From positions 1 to 57,858 of IMG/VR virus record IMGVR_UViG_3300021197_001472: 57,858 nucleotides of DNA; one strand, given 5' to 3'. The DNA comes from a virus (Duplodnaviria; Caudoviricetes). The first letter of the stretch is position 1; each line of letters opens with the position of its first letter. Position numbers and translations under genes: made by a program. Under the pieces are notes generated by a model, which made no database searches, was not told the DNA's origin, and saw only the letters and a list, made by a program, of their open reading frames with translations. Positions 1 through 7,889 of this stretch are shown here, one piece after another.

Positions 1-10
1 TCAGCTTGTT

Positions 11-607
11 TCATCGTACGCTCTCCTCTTTTCCGTAGTAGTGGACAGTGAACGTATGTTGAGAGTCTGAATACTTTGTGGGTCGTCCGAAGTTATTGAA
101 CGTGCCGAACTTCTTGGCGTCGTCGAACAGTGCGCTTATGAAAGCCTCGTCCACATCCCGTAATTCGTATCCCACATGTTCCCCACTTTCGGGATCGACC
201 TTGAAGAAGTAGTAATCTATGAGGTTGCCACGCCTACCTACCTCGAACGCAATCTTGTTGATGCCATCAGGCAACCCATGACATGGCCACTGACATTTGA
301 GGAAGTCAATCTTGTCCTTCCATACCTCAATACGATGAGCCTCTGAATGTTCTGGCAGTACATACGAGAAGATGTCTTCGAGTAAATTGGTTGCAAGCTC
401 TAGCTTGGCCAACGCATTAACGTCGGTTTCGTTATCCATGTTGACTAGCTTCTGCCTCAACTCTGGGTTACTGAGAAAATCCCCAAGCGAGACATGGTTG
501 TAGGAGAATTTAAATAGTTGGCTCAACTCCCCCTTGAAAGTAAGGCTCATACGTGGCCCGTCGCTAGTACGAAGTGGGCGTTGAACTACTTTAGTTTCGT
601 TTATCAT
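11..607 (-). CDS. Hypothetical early protein
   Basis: ORF 11..640; start moved to ATG 607 (MINETK), which overlaps the upstream stop as ATGA. Confidence 0.75.
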   Translation of the reverse strand: MINETKVVQRPLRTSDGPRMSLTFKGELSQLFKFSYNHVSLGDFLSNPELRQKLVNMDNETDVNALAKLELATNLLEDIFSYVLPEHSEAHRIEVWKDKIDFLKCQWPCHGLPDGINKIAFEVGRRGNLIDYYFFKVDPESGEHVGYELRDVDEAFISALFDDAKKFGTFNNFGRPTKYSDSQHTFTVHYYGKEESVR

Positions 608-963
608 ATGTCGTCTCCAATTCTTGGTAAGTTTCTGCATTCAGCACGGCCTCGCTGTTCAACATCCTCGATGATCTGTTCGAGGGGTGTGACAGTGATG
701 TTGTCCCAACGCTTCTTGAATTTGTATGCGTCGCAATCCTCTTCGAGATACACATACCGCTCATCGTGGAAAGAGAAGCTGCTGAAATCACTAGGCTTCA
801 TACTCATGCGTTCAAGCATGTCCTTCGGTACACGTATCCATCCATGGCCTGAGTCGCTGATGAACAACAACTTGCTATGGTGTTTCATAATCCTAGCCTT
901 CATCACGTCGACGTAGCCAAGCTCGTCCATTAACTTTTCTGCGTATGTAAATTCGTTTGTCAT
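604..963 (-). CDS. Hypothetical phage protein (DSGHGW...YLEEDCD type)
   Basis: 119-aa ORF with AGGAAACACCAC-ATG start; motifs resemble small phage early proteins. Confidence 0.8.
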   Translation of the reverse strand: MTNEFTYAEKLMDELGYVDVMKARIMKHHSKLLFISDSGHGWIRVPKDMLERMSMKPSDFSSFSFHDERYVYLEEDCDAYKFKKRWDNITVTPLEQIIEDVEQRGRAECRNLPRIGDDI

Positions 964-982
964 GTGGTGTTTCCTTTCTAAG

Positions 983-1291
983 TTAAGCGTTTAATTTCTC
1001 TACCTCTTCGTCTGTCCAGCAGTCAGGACACACAACCTCAGTGGTCGGAAGCCCTTCCTTGCATGTGGCTTCGACTTCGAAGATTTCGTACTCAAGGGTG
1101 AGTTCTCCGCACCGCCAACAATCAATCATCTGGCACTCAGCACATTGGTATCCGTGGCGAAGCTGACCTTCTGCGAAGACTTCGGTTTCTGTGTCAGTCG
1201 TGCAAGAGATACGATCGACAAACTTGTCGCTACCCCACGACGTGTCTTCGCCGCAAAAGCAACAACGATCTCCGATCTCTAATGTTTTCAT
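983..1291 (-). CDS. Cys-rich (Zn-finger-like) hypothetical protein
   Basis: Four CxxC pairs; RBS AAAGGAAACACC-ATG. Confidence 0.75.
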   Translation of the reverse strand: MKTLEIGDRCCFCGEDTSWGSDKFVDRISCTTDTETEVFAEGQLRHGYQCAECQMIDCWRCGELTLEYEIFEVEATCKEGLPTTEVVCPDCWTDEEVEKLNA

Positions 1292-1303
1292 GGTGTTTCC
1301 TTT

Positions 1304-1966
1304 CTAGTGTACGAGTTCGCCCCATTGTTCAGCCATTGCTTCTGCAAAGGCGGGGAAGAAACGGCTTCGATCTTCTGATCTTGTCGGACTAGGTGGAGCT
1401 AAGTGGATGTCTTGCCGAGCCGTTGTTCCATCGAGAGTGCCAGTCGGCACTAACGTTGGTAAGTTCTGCAACCATAGACAGGTCTTCTTACTCACATTGT
1501 CTGGCCCGTCTTCGTCGTGGCCAAACTCCCATGGGTTTACGATCTGTTCATACTTGCGGAAATTTCTGATGCGTTCCTTCGCTCTCCAGTGCATGATCGG
1601 GTTCTCGACACAGATCATTGGAACATCTGCATTGAGTAGATCACCGAACAACTCGCAACCTTCGTCGAGTTCTCGCATAACATCCTCGTGTGTCATACCA
1701 CTGGGTGGATCTTCTGGCTTGAACCACCGGACACCGGAGTTGCAAAGCCTAGTGCATGGTGGATGGCAAACGATGAGCATGTCGAAGTGTTGTGTCGCTA
1801 ACATGTCACGCACGTCACACTGGAAATGTCGATTGGTTGGTACTTCTGAGGGCAACAAGTCACAACTGAATGCGTTGTGCCCACGTCGAACAAAGGCATC
1901 GCGTACCATACCAGATTTCTCACAACCAATCAGTATATCTTTCGGGTTATCCGTTTGCTGGAACAT
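1304..1966 (-). CDS. Phage-type DNA (cytosine-5) methyltransferase
   Basis: ILIGCEKSG (motif I-like), SCDL, HPPC catalytic motif IV, VENP motif VI; start ATG 1966 after AGGAG. Confidence 0.75.
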   Translation of the reverse strand: MFQQTDNPKDILIGCEKSGMVRDAFVRRGHNAFSCDLLPSEVPTNRHFQCDVRDMLATQHFDMLIVCHPPCTRLCNSGVRWFKPEDPPSGMTHEDVMRELDEGCELFGDLLNADVPMICVENPIMHWRAKERIRNFRKYEQIVNPWEFGHDEDGPDNVSKKTCLWLQNLPTLVPTGTLDGTTARQDIHLAPPSPTRSEDRSRFFPAFAEAMAEQWGELVH

Positions 1967-1976
1967 TGTCAGTCTC

Positions 1977-2264
1977 CTAGTTATTGAGGTTGCCGAGCTT
2001 GTACTCACCGCTCTTGATTTTCTTGCGTGTCTCTGCGATACCTTCGTTGAGAAACTCATTTCGATACTTGCTTGTCGTTCTTGAGTAATCCCAGTAATGC
2101 TCATCGAGCATGACCTCGCCAGACCATGTCTTGATTGCGATCTTTTGTCCGTAGGACACAAAGCATTCGCCATTAGCGAGGTGCAAAACCATCTGGTTAG
2201 CAACTGGCTTACCACTACGAGGACTCCGCATGGGTTCGAATTTCAATGCTGTCGTCGACCTCAT
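1977..2264 (-). CDS. Hypothetical phage protein (SY...WDYSRTTSKY type)
   Basis: ATG 2264 overlaps the upstream TGA; GGAGG RBS. Confidence 0.75.
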   Translation of the reverse strand: MRSTTALKFEPMRSPRSGKPVANQMVLHLANGECFVSYGQKIAIKTWSGEVMLDEHYWDYSRTTSKYRNEFLNEGIAETRKKIKSGEYKLGNLNN

Positions 2265-2650
2265 GCCGCTACCTCCACGGTACACAGAAACTGGTCGAAG
2301 ACATTGTCCTCTTCCTTCTGTGCAGTCTGATCGACCAACCAGTAAGCATCGACCTCATCACCGTACTTGTCGAAGTAATGTGCGAACTCGTCAGTCGGAT
2401 ACGACGGTGCAATCGTGGGATAATGGTTATCACGACAAGGCTTAGAGCAGTCGTGGGTATCGACTTCAGCGACGTGGTCGATTTCTATGAGGTTTTCGGT
2501 GATGGTATGACGTATGTGTTCGTTCAATTCGCATCCCATGATTGCGTTATTCCCTACCTCTTCCATCGATGTATCTACTGGAACCATGATGTCGATTTCG
2601 TCTATGACTACGGCTCTGACGTAGAGTGAAACTTGCTTGTATTTCTGCAT
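2261..2650 (-). CDS. Acidic hypothetical protein
   Basis: 129-aa ORF, AGGAG RBS, operon-packed. Confidence 0.7.
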   Translation of the reverse strand: MQKYKQVSLYVRAVVIDEIDIMVPVDTSMEEVGNNAIMGCELNEHIRHTITENLIEIDHVAEVDTHDCSKPCRDNHYPTIAPSYPTDEFAHYFDKYGDEVDAYWLVDQTAQKEEDNVFDQFLCTVEVAA

Positions 2651-2659
2651 GACTTTCTC

Positions 2660-2896
2660 CTAGCTATGGGTGTAACCGTCAGGCTCAATGCCCAACCACA
2701 TGTTCCCTACGAAGGGAACCATTAAAGTTTCGTAATCGTAGTCCCGTGCTTCACCAACCAAACCTTGGACGGAGCCGAGGAACTCTCTATATCCTGGCTT
2801 AGTAAATCGATCGTCTGCCGACTGGATTCTCTGGAAGACTCGCTTGAGAGCGTGTCGTTGTGCTTGTGTAACTTTCAAGCCGTTTATGTTGGGCAT
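2660..2896 (-). CDS. Hypothetical phage protein (WLGIEPDGYTHS C-terminus)
   Basis: 78-aa ORF with AAGGA RBS. Confidence 0.75.
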   Translation of the reverse strand: MPNINGLKVTQAQRHALKRVFQRIQSADDRFTKPGYREFLGSVQGLVGEARDYDYETLMVPFVGNMWLGIEPDGYTHS

Positions 2897-2910
2897 AGTA
2901 AAATCCTTCT

Positions 2911-2945
2911 AAAAAAAAAGCGGCTCCCAAAAAAAGGGAACCGCT
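2911..2945 (-). terminator. Terminator-like hairpin
   Basis: AGCGG-C-TCCC/GGGA-A-CCGCT stem followed by a long T-run on the minus strand. Confidence 0.5.
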
Positions 2946-3022
2946 ATAGGTTTTTGGAGAAACAATTTGGAGAAGAAAATTCTCAGCGAACTATCTCTAA
3001 AGAGAAAAGAAAGGCGCGTATC

Positions 3023-3331
3023 CTACGTGGGATATACCCACCCACAAGGATGGCCAGTCTGATCAAACTTTGGGAGAGGTTCTCGTCGAACATCGGGGAT
3101 TTCTTCGGCAATCCAATTCACGTATTCGTCGTCAACGTGGGAGAAGTTGTCGTCAGTGTTTAACCAGTCCCGTGCCCCATCTGAGTCCGAATATCCATTG
3201 AGCATATTCTCTATCTCGTTATCAGTAGCTGATGCGTGGACTACTATCTCTGTTTCAAAGACGCAGGTTTTCACTTGCGTTACTATGATTTTCTTTAGTG
3301 GTGTTTCAAAGCTGTCTCGTTCGTTCCACAT
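3023..3331 (-). CDS. Hypothetical protein
   Basis: 102-aa ORF, AAGGGA RBS. Confidence 0.7.
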   Translation of the reverse strand: MWNERDSFETPLKKIIVTQVKTCVFETEIVVHASATDNEIENMLNGYSDSDGARDWLNTDDNFSHVDDEYVNWIAEEIPDVRREPLPKFDQTGHPCGWVYPT

Positions 3332-3413
3332 GTGTCGTTATCCCTTTCATGCGTCGTTAACCGCCCTACACAAATAGGACGAGGGGAAAAATTTGAAATA
3401 AAAGAAAAAAGAA

Positions 3414-3432
3414 AGTCTCCATTATGGAGACT
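3414..3432 (-). terminator. Rho-independent terminator candidate
   Basis: AGTCTCCA-TTA-TGGAGACT followed by a T-rich tract on the minus strand. Confidence 0.55.
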
Positions 3433-3589
3433 CCCCAAATTCAACCATCGCTAGGGATATATCCCTAGCGACTATGAAGCCGTGTTCTCGACCTGTAAGG
3501 TCGAACTCTTTGGCCACTCTTTCTTGAGCTTCTAAGCTCAAGCCATGCCATCTATCGGCAATGCTTGTTCGAGCTATTACATAGCTCAT
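3422..3589 (-). CDS. Small hypothetical protein (55 aa, MSYVIARTSIADRW...), not in ORF track
   Basis: Read by hand; GAGGGA RBS; starts 2 nt after the upstream stop. Confidence 0.6.
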   Translation of the reverse strand: MSYVIARTSIADRWHGLSLEAQERVAKEFDLTGREHGFIVARDISLAMVEFGESP

Positions 3590-3591
3590 GG

Positions 3592-3765
3592 TCAGTCCCT
3601 CCCCTCATGTGTGAATGGCCGCTCAAGCACGTCCTCGCCGTGTATGTGCTTGGCCGCAAGCGCAAGGAGCTTGTAAAGCTCCAAGAGGGTGAAACTGACT
3701 GCTGTACCTAGTACAGCAATACACCCTAGCATAGCTAGGGTACGGAAAATCTCTGCTTCAAACAT
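3592..3765 (-). CDS. Small membrane protein (57 aa)
   Basis: ATG 3765 after GGAG; one hydrophobic helix. Confidence 0.6.
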   Translation of the reverse strand: MFEAEIFRTLAMLGCIAVLGTAVSFTLLELYKLLALAAKHIHGEDVLERPFTHEGRD

Positions 3766-3778
3766 AGTTTGACTCCAT

Positions 3779-3806
3779 AAAAAAAGGGGTCTCAAAGAGA
3801 CCCCTT
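3779..3806 (-). terminator. Rho-independent terminator
   Basis: AAGGGGTCTC-AAA-GAGACCCCTT stem plus T-run on the minus strand. Confidence 0.75.
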
Positions 3807-3921
3807 GTGGTTGTTAACAAAATCTACAATCCTTTGGATTGTAACCCTGACCATTGGATGGTCAGAGCCAAAGCAAGCCCAGTGGACAAGCTCTTTACAG
3901 AGCTTATCCAGAGCTTGGTTC

Positions 3922-4389
3922 CTAGGAACCAAGAGCATCAAGCTTTGCTTGAATGGTAGCTACCGACTTGGCAGCATACTTCTTCTGCTTTGCAGAAGTA
4001 GTCGGCTTATTTAGCTTCGCTAAATTAAGAGCCAAACCTTTCTCAAGGTTTGCTTGCTTGGTAGTAGCTTTACTAGCTACTACTTGGTCGACAGTAGCTT
4101 TAGCTACTGCTTTCTTGGTCTTCCTCTTCGTTGGAGCTTTAGCTCCATCGAGAGTTGTCTTCGACAAGTTTACAAGATCTTCGATCTTGGCAGGTCGAAC
4201 ATTGTTGTCGATCTTGGCAGTAGCCAAGTCGACTAGAACAGTGTCTGGAGACACTGCAACTGCAAAGCGTTTAGCTTTGCTGTAGTTGACAAAAATCTCA
4301 TTTTTGTCGTTGATAAATACAATTCTCTTCGAGAATTTAGCGTCGTTTTTTCCGTTTACGGAAAGATTTACTTGTACTGTATTCAGCAT
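3922..4389 (-). CDS. Lys/Ala-rich basic protein
   Basis: ATG 4389 after GGAG; histone-like K/A-rich C-terminal half. Confidence 0.7.
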   Translation of the reverse strand: MLNTVQVNLSVNGKNDAKFSKRIVFINDKNEIFVNYSKAKRFAVAVSPDTVLVDLATAKIDNNVRPAKIEDLVNLSKTTLDGAKAPTKRKTKKAVAKATVDQVVASKATTKQANLEKGLALNLAKLNKPTTSAKQKKYAAKSVATIQAKLDALGS

Positions 4390-4465
4390 GATTTGATCTC
4401 CGATCAAAGTTTTTGGTTGATTTGGCGAAATGCCACTGAAATATCCCTAAAGGGAAGAAGGGGTT

Positions 4466-4735
4466 TCAAATGAAACCCCTGAGACACGCTACGACTTCGT
4501 CGTAGAGTTTGTTCCAATCTTCGATGCCTTTGGCATCGTCCATCAGAGCTATAGCTCTGGGGGCAAGATCGAAACCAATCGGCAATCTCTTCTCTAGAGA
4601 GAAGAGATTAGTGACAATAAACAATTGTTTATTGTCGATGCCAATTCCGTCGAACCGACCGTCGAAGGTCTGAAGACCTTCAATACTAGCAATTTGCATT
4701 GCTAGTTTACGATCAAGCTTTGCTTGATTAGTCAT
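4466..4735 (-). CDS. Hypothetical protein
   Basis: 89-aa ORF, AAAGGA RBS. Confidence 0.7.
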   Translation of the reverse strand: MTNQAKLDRKLAMQIASIEGLQTFDGRFDGIGIDNKQLFIVTNLFSLEKRLPIGFDLAPRAIALMDDAKGIEDWNKLYDEVVACLRGFI

Positions 4736-4819
4736 CGTTTTTCCTTTCGAAGAAAGTAAAGTCCAAACCGAGGTGATTTGGAGTCACCGAAATATCTCTA
4801 AAGAGAGTGAAGCTTCGCT

Positions 4820-5065
4820 TCACATCATGTGTGTGAGGTCTTCGACCTCTGCGAGAAGTCCAATGTCAAAATCATGTTTTAAGTGAAACTTAAAACTTGG
4901 TTTGTGAACTTGCTCTTTAACCAGACTGTAAGTCTGGTCGGAAGTCAGTATGCCTTCGGCATACTGGTTAATGAGTCCTCTTAGGACTCTTGCTTCTTTC
5001 TTTGTGAGTACAAAGTACTCACAGAACTCCGTAACCAAATCTTCGATTTGTTTTTGTATTTCCAT
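4820..5065 (-). CDS. Hypothetical protein (81 aa, MEIQKQ...)
   Basis: ATG 5065 after AAAGGA; the longer upstream extension overlaps the TerS-like gene. Confidence 0.65.
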   Translation of the reverse strand: MEIQKQIEDLVTEFCEYFVLTKKEARVLRGLINQYAEGILTSDQTYSLVKEQVHKPSFKFHLKHDFDIGLLAEVEDLTHMM

Positions 5066-5186
5066 GGTCTTCGTTCCTTTCAGAGTCGACGAAATTGTCA
5101 CCGAAATATCTCTAAAGAGAAGAAAGCGTACGCAATGCGGAAAGAACGGGACGACCAGTACTTCGTACTGGATTAATTTATTGTTT

Positions 5187-5567
5187 ATGAACAATAAAGC
5201 ACTGGAAAAAGCATCGAAGATAGCTTCGCTATCTCCGAGAGAGATTTCGAAGATTCGTTCTGACATAGTCAGAACGGTTTCTCGATTTACTGGAGACGTC
5301 GAAGACGTTTTAGAGGGAAAAAAGCGTTGGACTAACGTCCAATTTGGCCTGTATAAAACCTTGTTAAACAAGGTTTGCCCAGACATTTCCTCAACTTACG
5401 TTGAGACTTCCCCCAATGGCTCTTCGGCTCGTCTCTCTGGACTTTCCAGAGAGGAACTCGAAGAGATGGTTCGACAAAGAAAAGAGAACATCTCTAATGA
5501 TGATGGGGATTCCCTAGGGAATCTGGGGGTTTCTGCCGATGTCATTGAAAACAATGACAAAAATTAG
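5187..5567 (+). CDS. Putative terminase small subunit
   Basis: Helical 126-aa protein with LLNKVCPD and LSREELEEM segments, shortly upstream of TerL. Confidence 0.5.
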   Translation: MNNKALEKASKIASLSPREISKIRSDIVRTVSRFTGDVEDVLEGKKRWTNVQFGLYKTLLNKVCPDISSTYVETSPNGSSARLSGLSREELEEMVRQRKENISNDDGDSLGNLGVSADVIENNDKN

Positions 5568-5689
5568 ACATCTTTTCATGCTCTGTTACACAGAGCATGG
5601 GGGGGCGGTCTATGTAAAACCCCCATGGCCCCGCGCGACGGTGACCTCCCCTAGCGGGGTGGGGGTACTATCATAAAAAGGAAATCACT

Positions 5690-5959
5690 ATGGGCGAAGT
5701 TGTTAAGCTATCTGTTCACAGAAACACATTACAGAAACGTCAGCGCAAAATTACGCGCAACTCTTTAGTTGCTACTGCCAAGCAAGTGCAAAGACATAGC
5801 AAAATAGATGGCTACGCCCTTGTCACATTTACAATCACTGACCATGGAACGGTTGAACACAAAGTTCACTACGATGTCCCTACGGCATCTTTCGCTTACG
5901 TGCTTCCTCAGATGGCACAACAAGCTTTGTTCGCGTCAATCATAGGGGAGAATGATTAA
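5690..5959 (+). CDS. Hypothetical protein
   Basis: AAGGA RBS; coupled to next ORF. Confidence 0.7.
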   Translation: MGEVVKLSVHRNTLQKRQRKITRNSLVATAKQVQRHSKIDGYALVTFTITDHGTVEHKVHYDVPTASFAYVLPQMAQQALFASIIGEND

Positions 5960-6216
5960 TGAAAATAATCAACAAAGAAGCTGATCGCATACAGTCCGAA
6001 TGCACCCCAGAAGAACTAGGTCGTGCCCTTCAAGGTTTAGACCTCGAATCAATTCCTCCCCACAAGAAGTGGGAAGCCGTACGCGATCGTCTAAACGAAG
6101 TCATGTTGGCCACTACGACTGACCCCCATGAACGCGCCAAGGAACTCTTCCAGAAAGCGGCCACTACATACGGCACCCTTAGACGCAATGCCAGAAAGAC
6201 AAACCTCATCATATGA
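5959..6216 (+). CDS. Hypothetical protein
   Basis: GGGGAG RBS; TAATG and ATGA overlaps. Confidence 0.7.
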   Translation: MKIINKEADRIQSECTPEELGRALQGLDLESIPPHKKWEAVRDRLNEVMLATTTDPHERAKELFQKAATTYGTLRRNARKTNLII

Positions 6217-7853
6217 GCAAGAACCAGAATGCTCCCGAAACCGGACAGTTAATCTCAGAGATGACTGACGCAGATCTGGCTGATCTGCTTCTACAGGTAC
6301 GTGCCGCCGAAGAGGGGTTCGAAGGATTCGTTCGCTTGCTCCATCCCGAATGGGAAATCCCTTCCTACCAGCTAGAGTTCATCGATCTGCTAGACAAGCT
6401 GGAACGACGTGAGCTTCTGAACAAGAAAGGACAGCCTGTCCACAATCTTCTCGTGAACATGCCCCCTCGCCATAACAAATCCACACTGGCCACGAAGCTA
6501 TTCCCTGCTTACTGCATTGCCCGTGCCCCGTGGACAAAGATACTCGTATCATCTGCATCAAAAGACCTGGCTGAATCTTTCGGCGCGGAGACCCGTGCCT
6601 ATCTCACAAGTCCAAACACAAAGCTGGCTTATCCCGATTCTGGTATATCTAAAAAAACTACAGCAAAAGCAGACTGGCTCACCGATCTTGGTGGCCAATA
6701 CCTCGCGCTTGGCCAATCGGGTAACACAATCGGACGACCAGCCAATCTCCTCATCCTCGATGACCCATATCCAAACAGGCAAGCCGCCGAATCCCCTACT
6801 CAACGTCGTGCTATATGGTCGTTCTGGAACTCAGCCCTCTGGAGAAGACGCGAACCTGACCGCGATAACCGCCAACCAATCACAATTGTCATCCATACCC
6901 GCTGGCACCCTGCCGATATCACAGGCACTATCCTCGATGGCGAGGATTTCAAGGAGGGGTTCTGGCATCACGTATCCTATACTGCCATCAATAAAAAGAA
7001 ACTGACCGGACGCCTACCTATACGTCTAGCATTGTGGCCCGAACGGTTCCCAATTGACTGGCTTGAACGCGAAGAACGTGCAGACCCCCGTGAGTTTGCA
7101 TCCCAGTACCAACAGATGCCATACATTGAAGGGGGCAATCTCATACGCGGTTCATGGTGGGGCAACTTCGACCAAAACGCTGAACACATGCCGTCAATGA
7201 CTCAGGTAATCATAGGCGTAGACGGGGCATTCAAAAAGTCTGACCTCGCCGACTACTCGGTTGCTCTTGTTGCTGGCCTTGCCCAAGATGGTGACATCTA
7301 CATCCTAGACGTCATGCGGGAACGCCTAGACTTCCCCGAATTGAAACGCGCATTAATCCGTCTCAACAACCAGTGGAGAGGTCGCGGCCTCAGAGCAATG
7401 TACATAGAAGACAAAGCATCTGGCCAACCAGCCCTGCAAGAACTCAAACACCATTCTGGCCTATCTGTAATCCCTTACAAAGTTGTCAACGACAAAGTTT
7501 CCCGCGTTAGCGCAGTGACTCCCCTCATAGAAGGCGGCAGGGTTCTTCTTCCCACAAACGCCCCTTGGCTTGAAGCCTTCATCAAAGAGACTGAACAGTT
7601 CCCCAATGGCTCACACGATGATCAAGTAGACGCACTATCCATAGTCCTAGACATCCTCGCCCGTACACCACTTCATAATGCAGCCGATTTTTCTTTGGAC
7701 GCAATGGGCGCGGAGGACAGTCTACTCAAACAAATACAGTCTCACCGCCAGTACACGGACGATCCTTTCAACACTACTAACGGAATAGACCGCCGATCTG
7801 CTTCCACTAAACTCTTCTCCCGATCCGATTATTCAGCCGCGCTAGGTGAATAG
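6213..7853 (+). CDS. terL: Terminase large subunit (Terminase_6-type)
   Basis: NMPPRHNKS Walker A variant, LLILDDP Walker B, TRWH coupling motif, IGVD and HDDQVDA nuclease acidic residues. Confidence 0.95.
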   Translation: MSKNQNAPETGQLISEMTDADLADLLLQVRAAEEGFEGFVRLLHPEWEIPSYQLEFIDLLDKLERRELLNKKGQPVHNLLVNMPPRHNKSTLATKLFPAYCIARAPWTKILVSSASKDLAESFGAETRAYLTSPNTKLAYPDSGISKKTTAKADWLTDLGGQYLALGQSGNTIGRPANLLILDDPYPNRQAAESPTQRRAIWSFWNSALWRRREPDRDNRQPITIVIHTRWHPADITGTILDGEDFKEGFWHHVSYTAINKKKLTGRLPIRLALWPERFPIDWLEREERADPREFASQYQQMPYIEGGNLIRGSWWGNFDQNAEHMPSMTQVIIGVDGAFKKSDLADYSVALVAGLAQDGDIYILDVMRERLDFPELKRALIRLNNQWRGRGLRAMYIEDKASGQPALQELKHHSGLSVIPYKVVNDKVSRVSAVTPLIEGGRVLLPTNAPWLEAFIKETEQFPNGSHDDQVDALSIVLDILARTPLHNAADFSLDAMGAEDSLLKQIQSHRQYTDDPFNTTNGIDRRSASTKLFSRSDYSAALGE

Positions 7854-7889
7854 GGACGACACTTACCTCAAAAGAAAGACAATCGTGCC

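Larger units (their letters stand above)
2988..5120 (-). promoter_or_regulatory. Four copies of a GAA(A/C)TA-TCYCT-AA-AGRGA element upstream of leftward genes
   Basis: Hairpin cores at 2994-3005, 4444-4455, 4795-4806 and 5109-5120; 24-bp exact repeat at 4783-4806 and 5097-5120. Confidence 0.65.
3414..5600. repeat. Island tiled with about 50 short inverted repeats
   Basis: Examples: perfect palindromes at 3448-3471, 3914-3933 and 4613-4636; hairpins at 4173-4189, 4321-4337, 4489-4505, 4584-4609, 4946-4966, 5003-5023, 5155-5171 and 5356-5376. Confidence 0.9.

Noticed and set aside
1407-2629. Long + strand ORFs (1407..2084, 2246..2629) and similar antisense ORFs across the window
   Set aside because: Shadows of well-supported opposite-strand genes; no RBS or recognisable motifs
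3414-5600. CRISPR array, REP elements or integron attC array
   Set aside because: Hairpin stems are different sequences and lie within ORFs; no constant repeat with spacers
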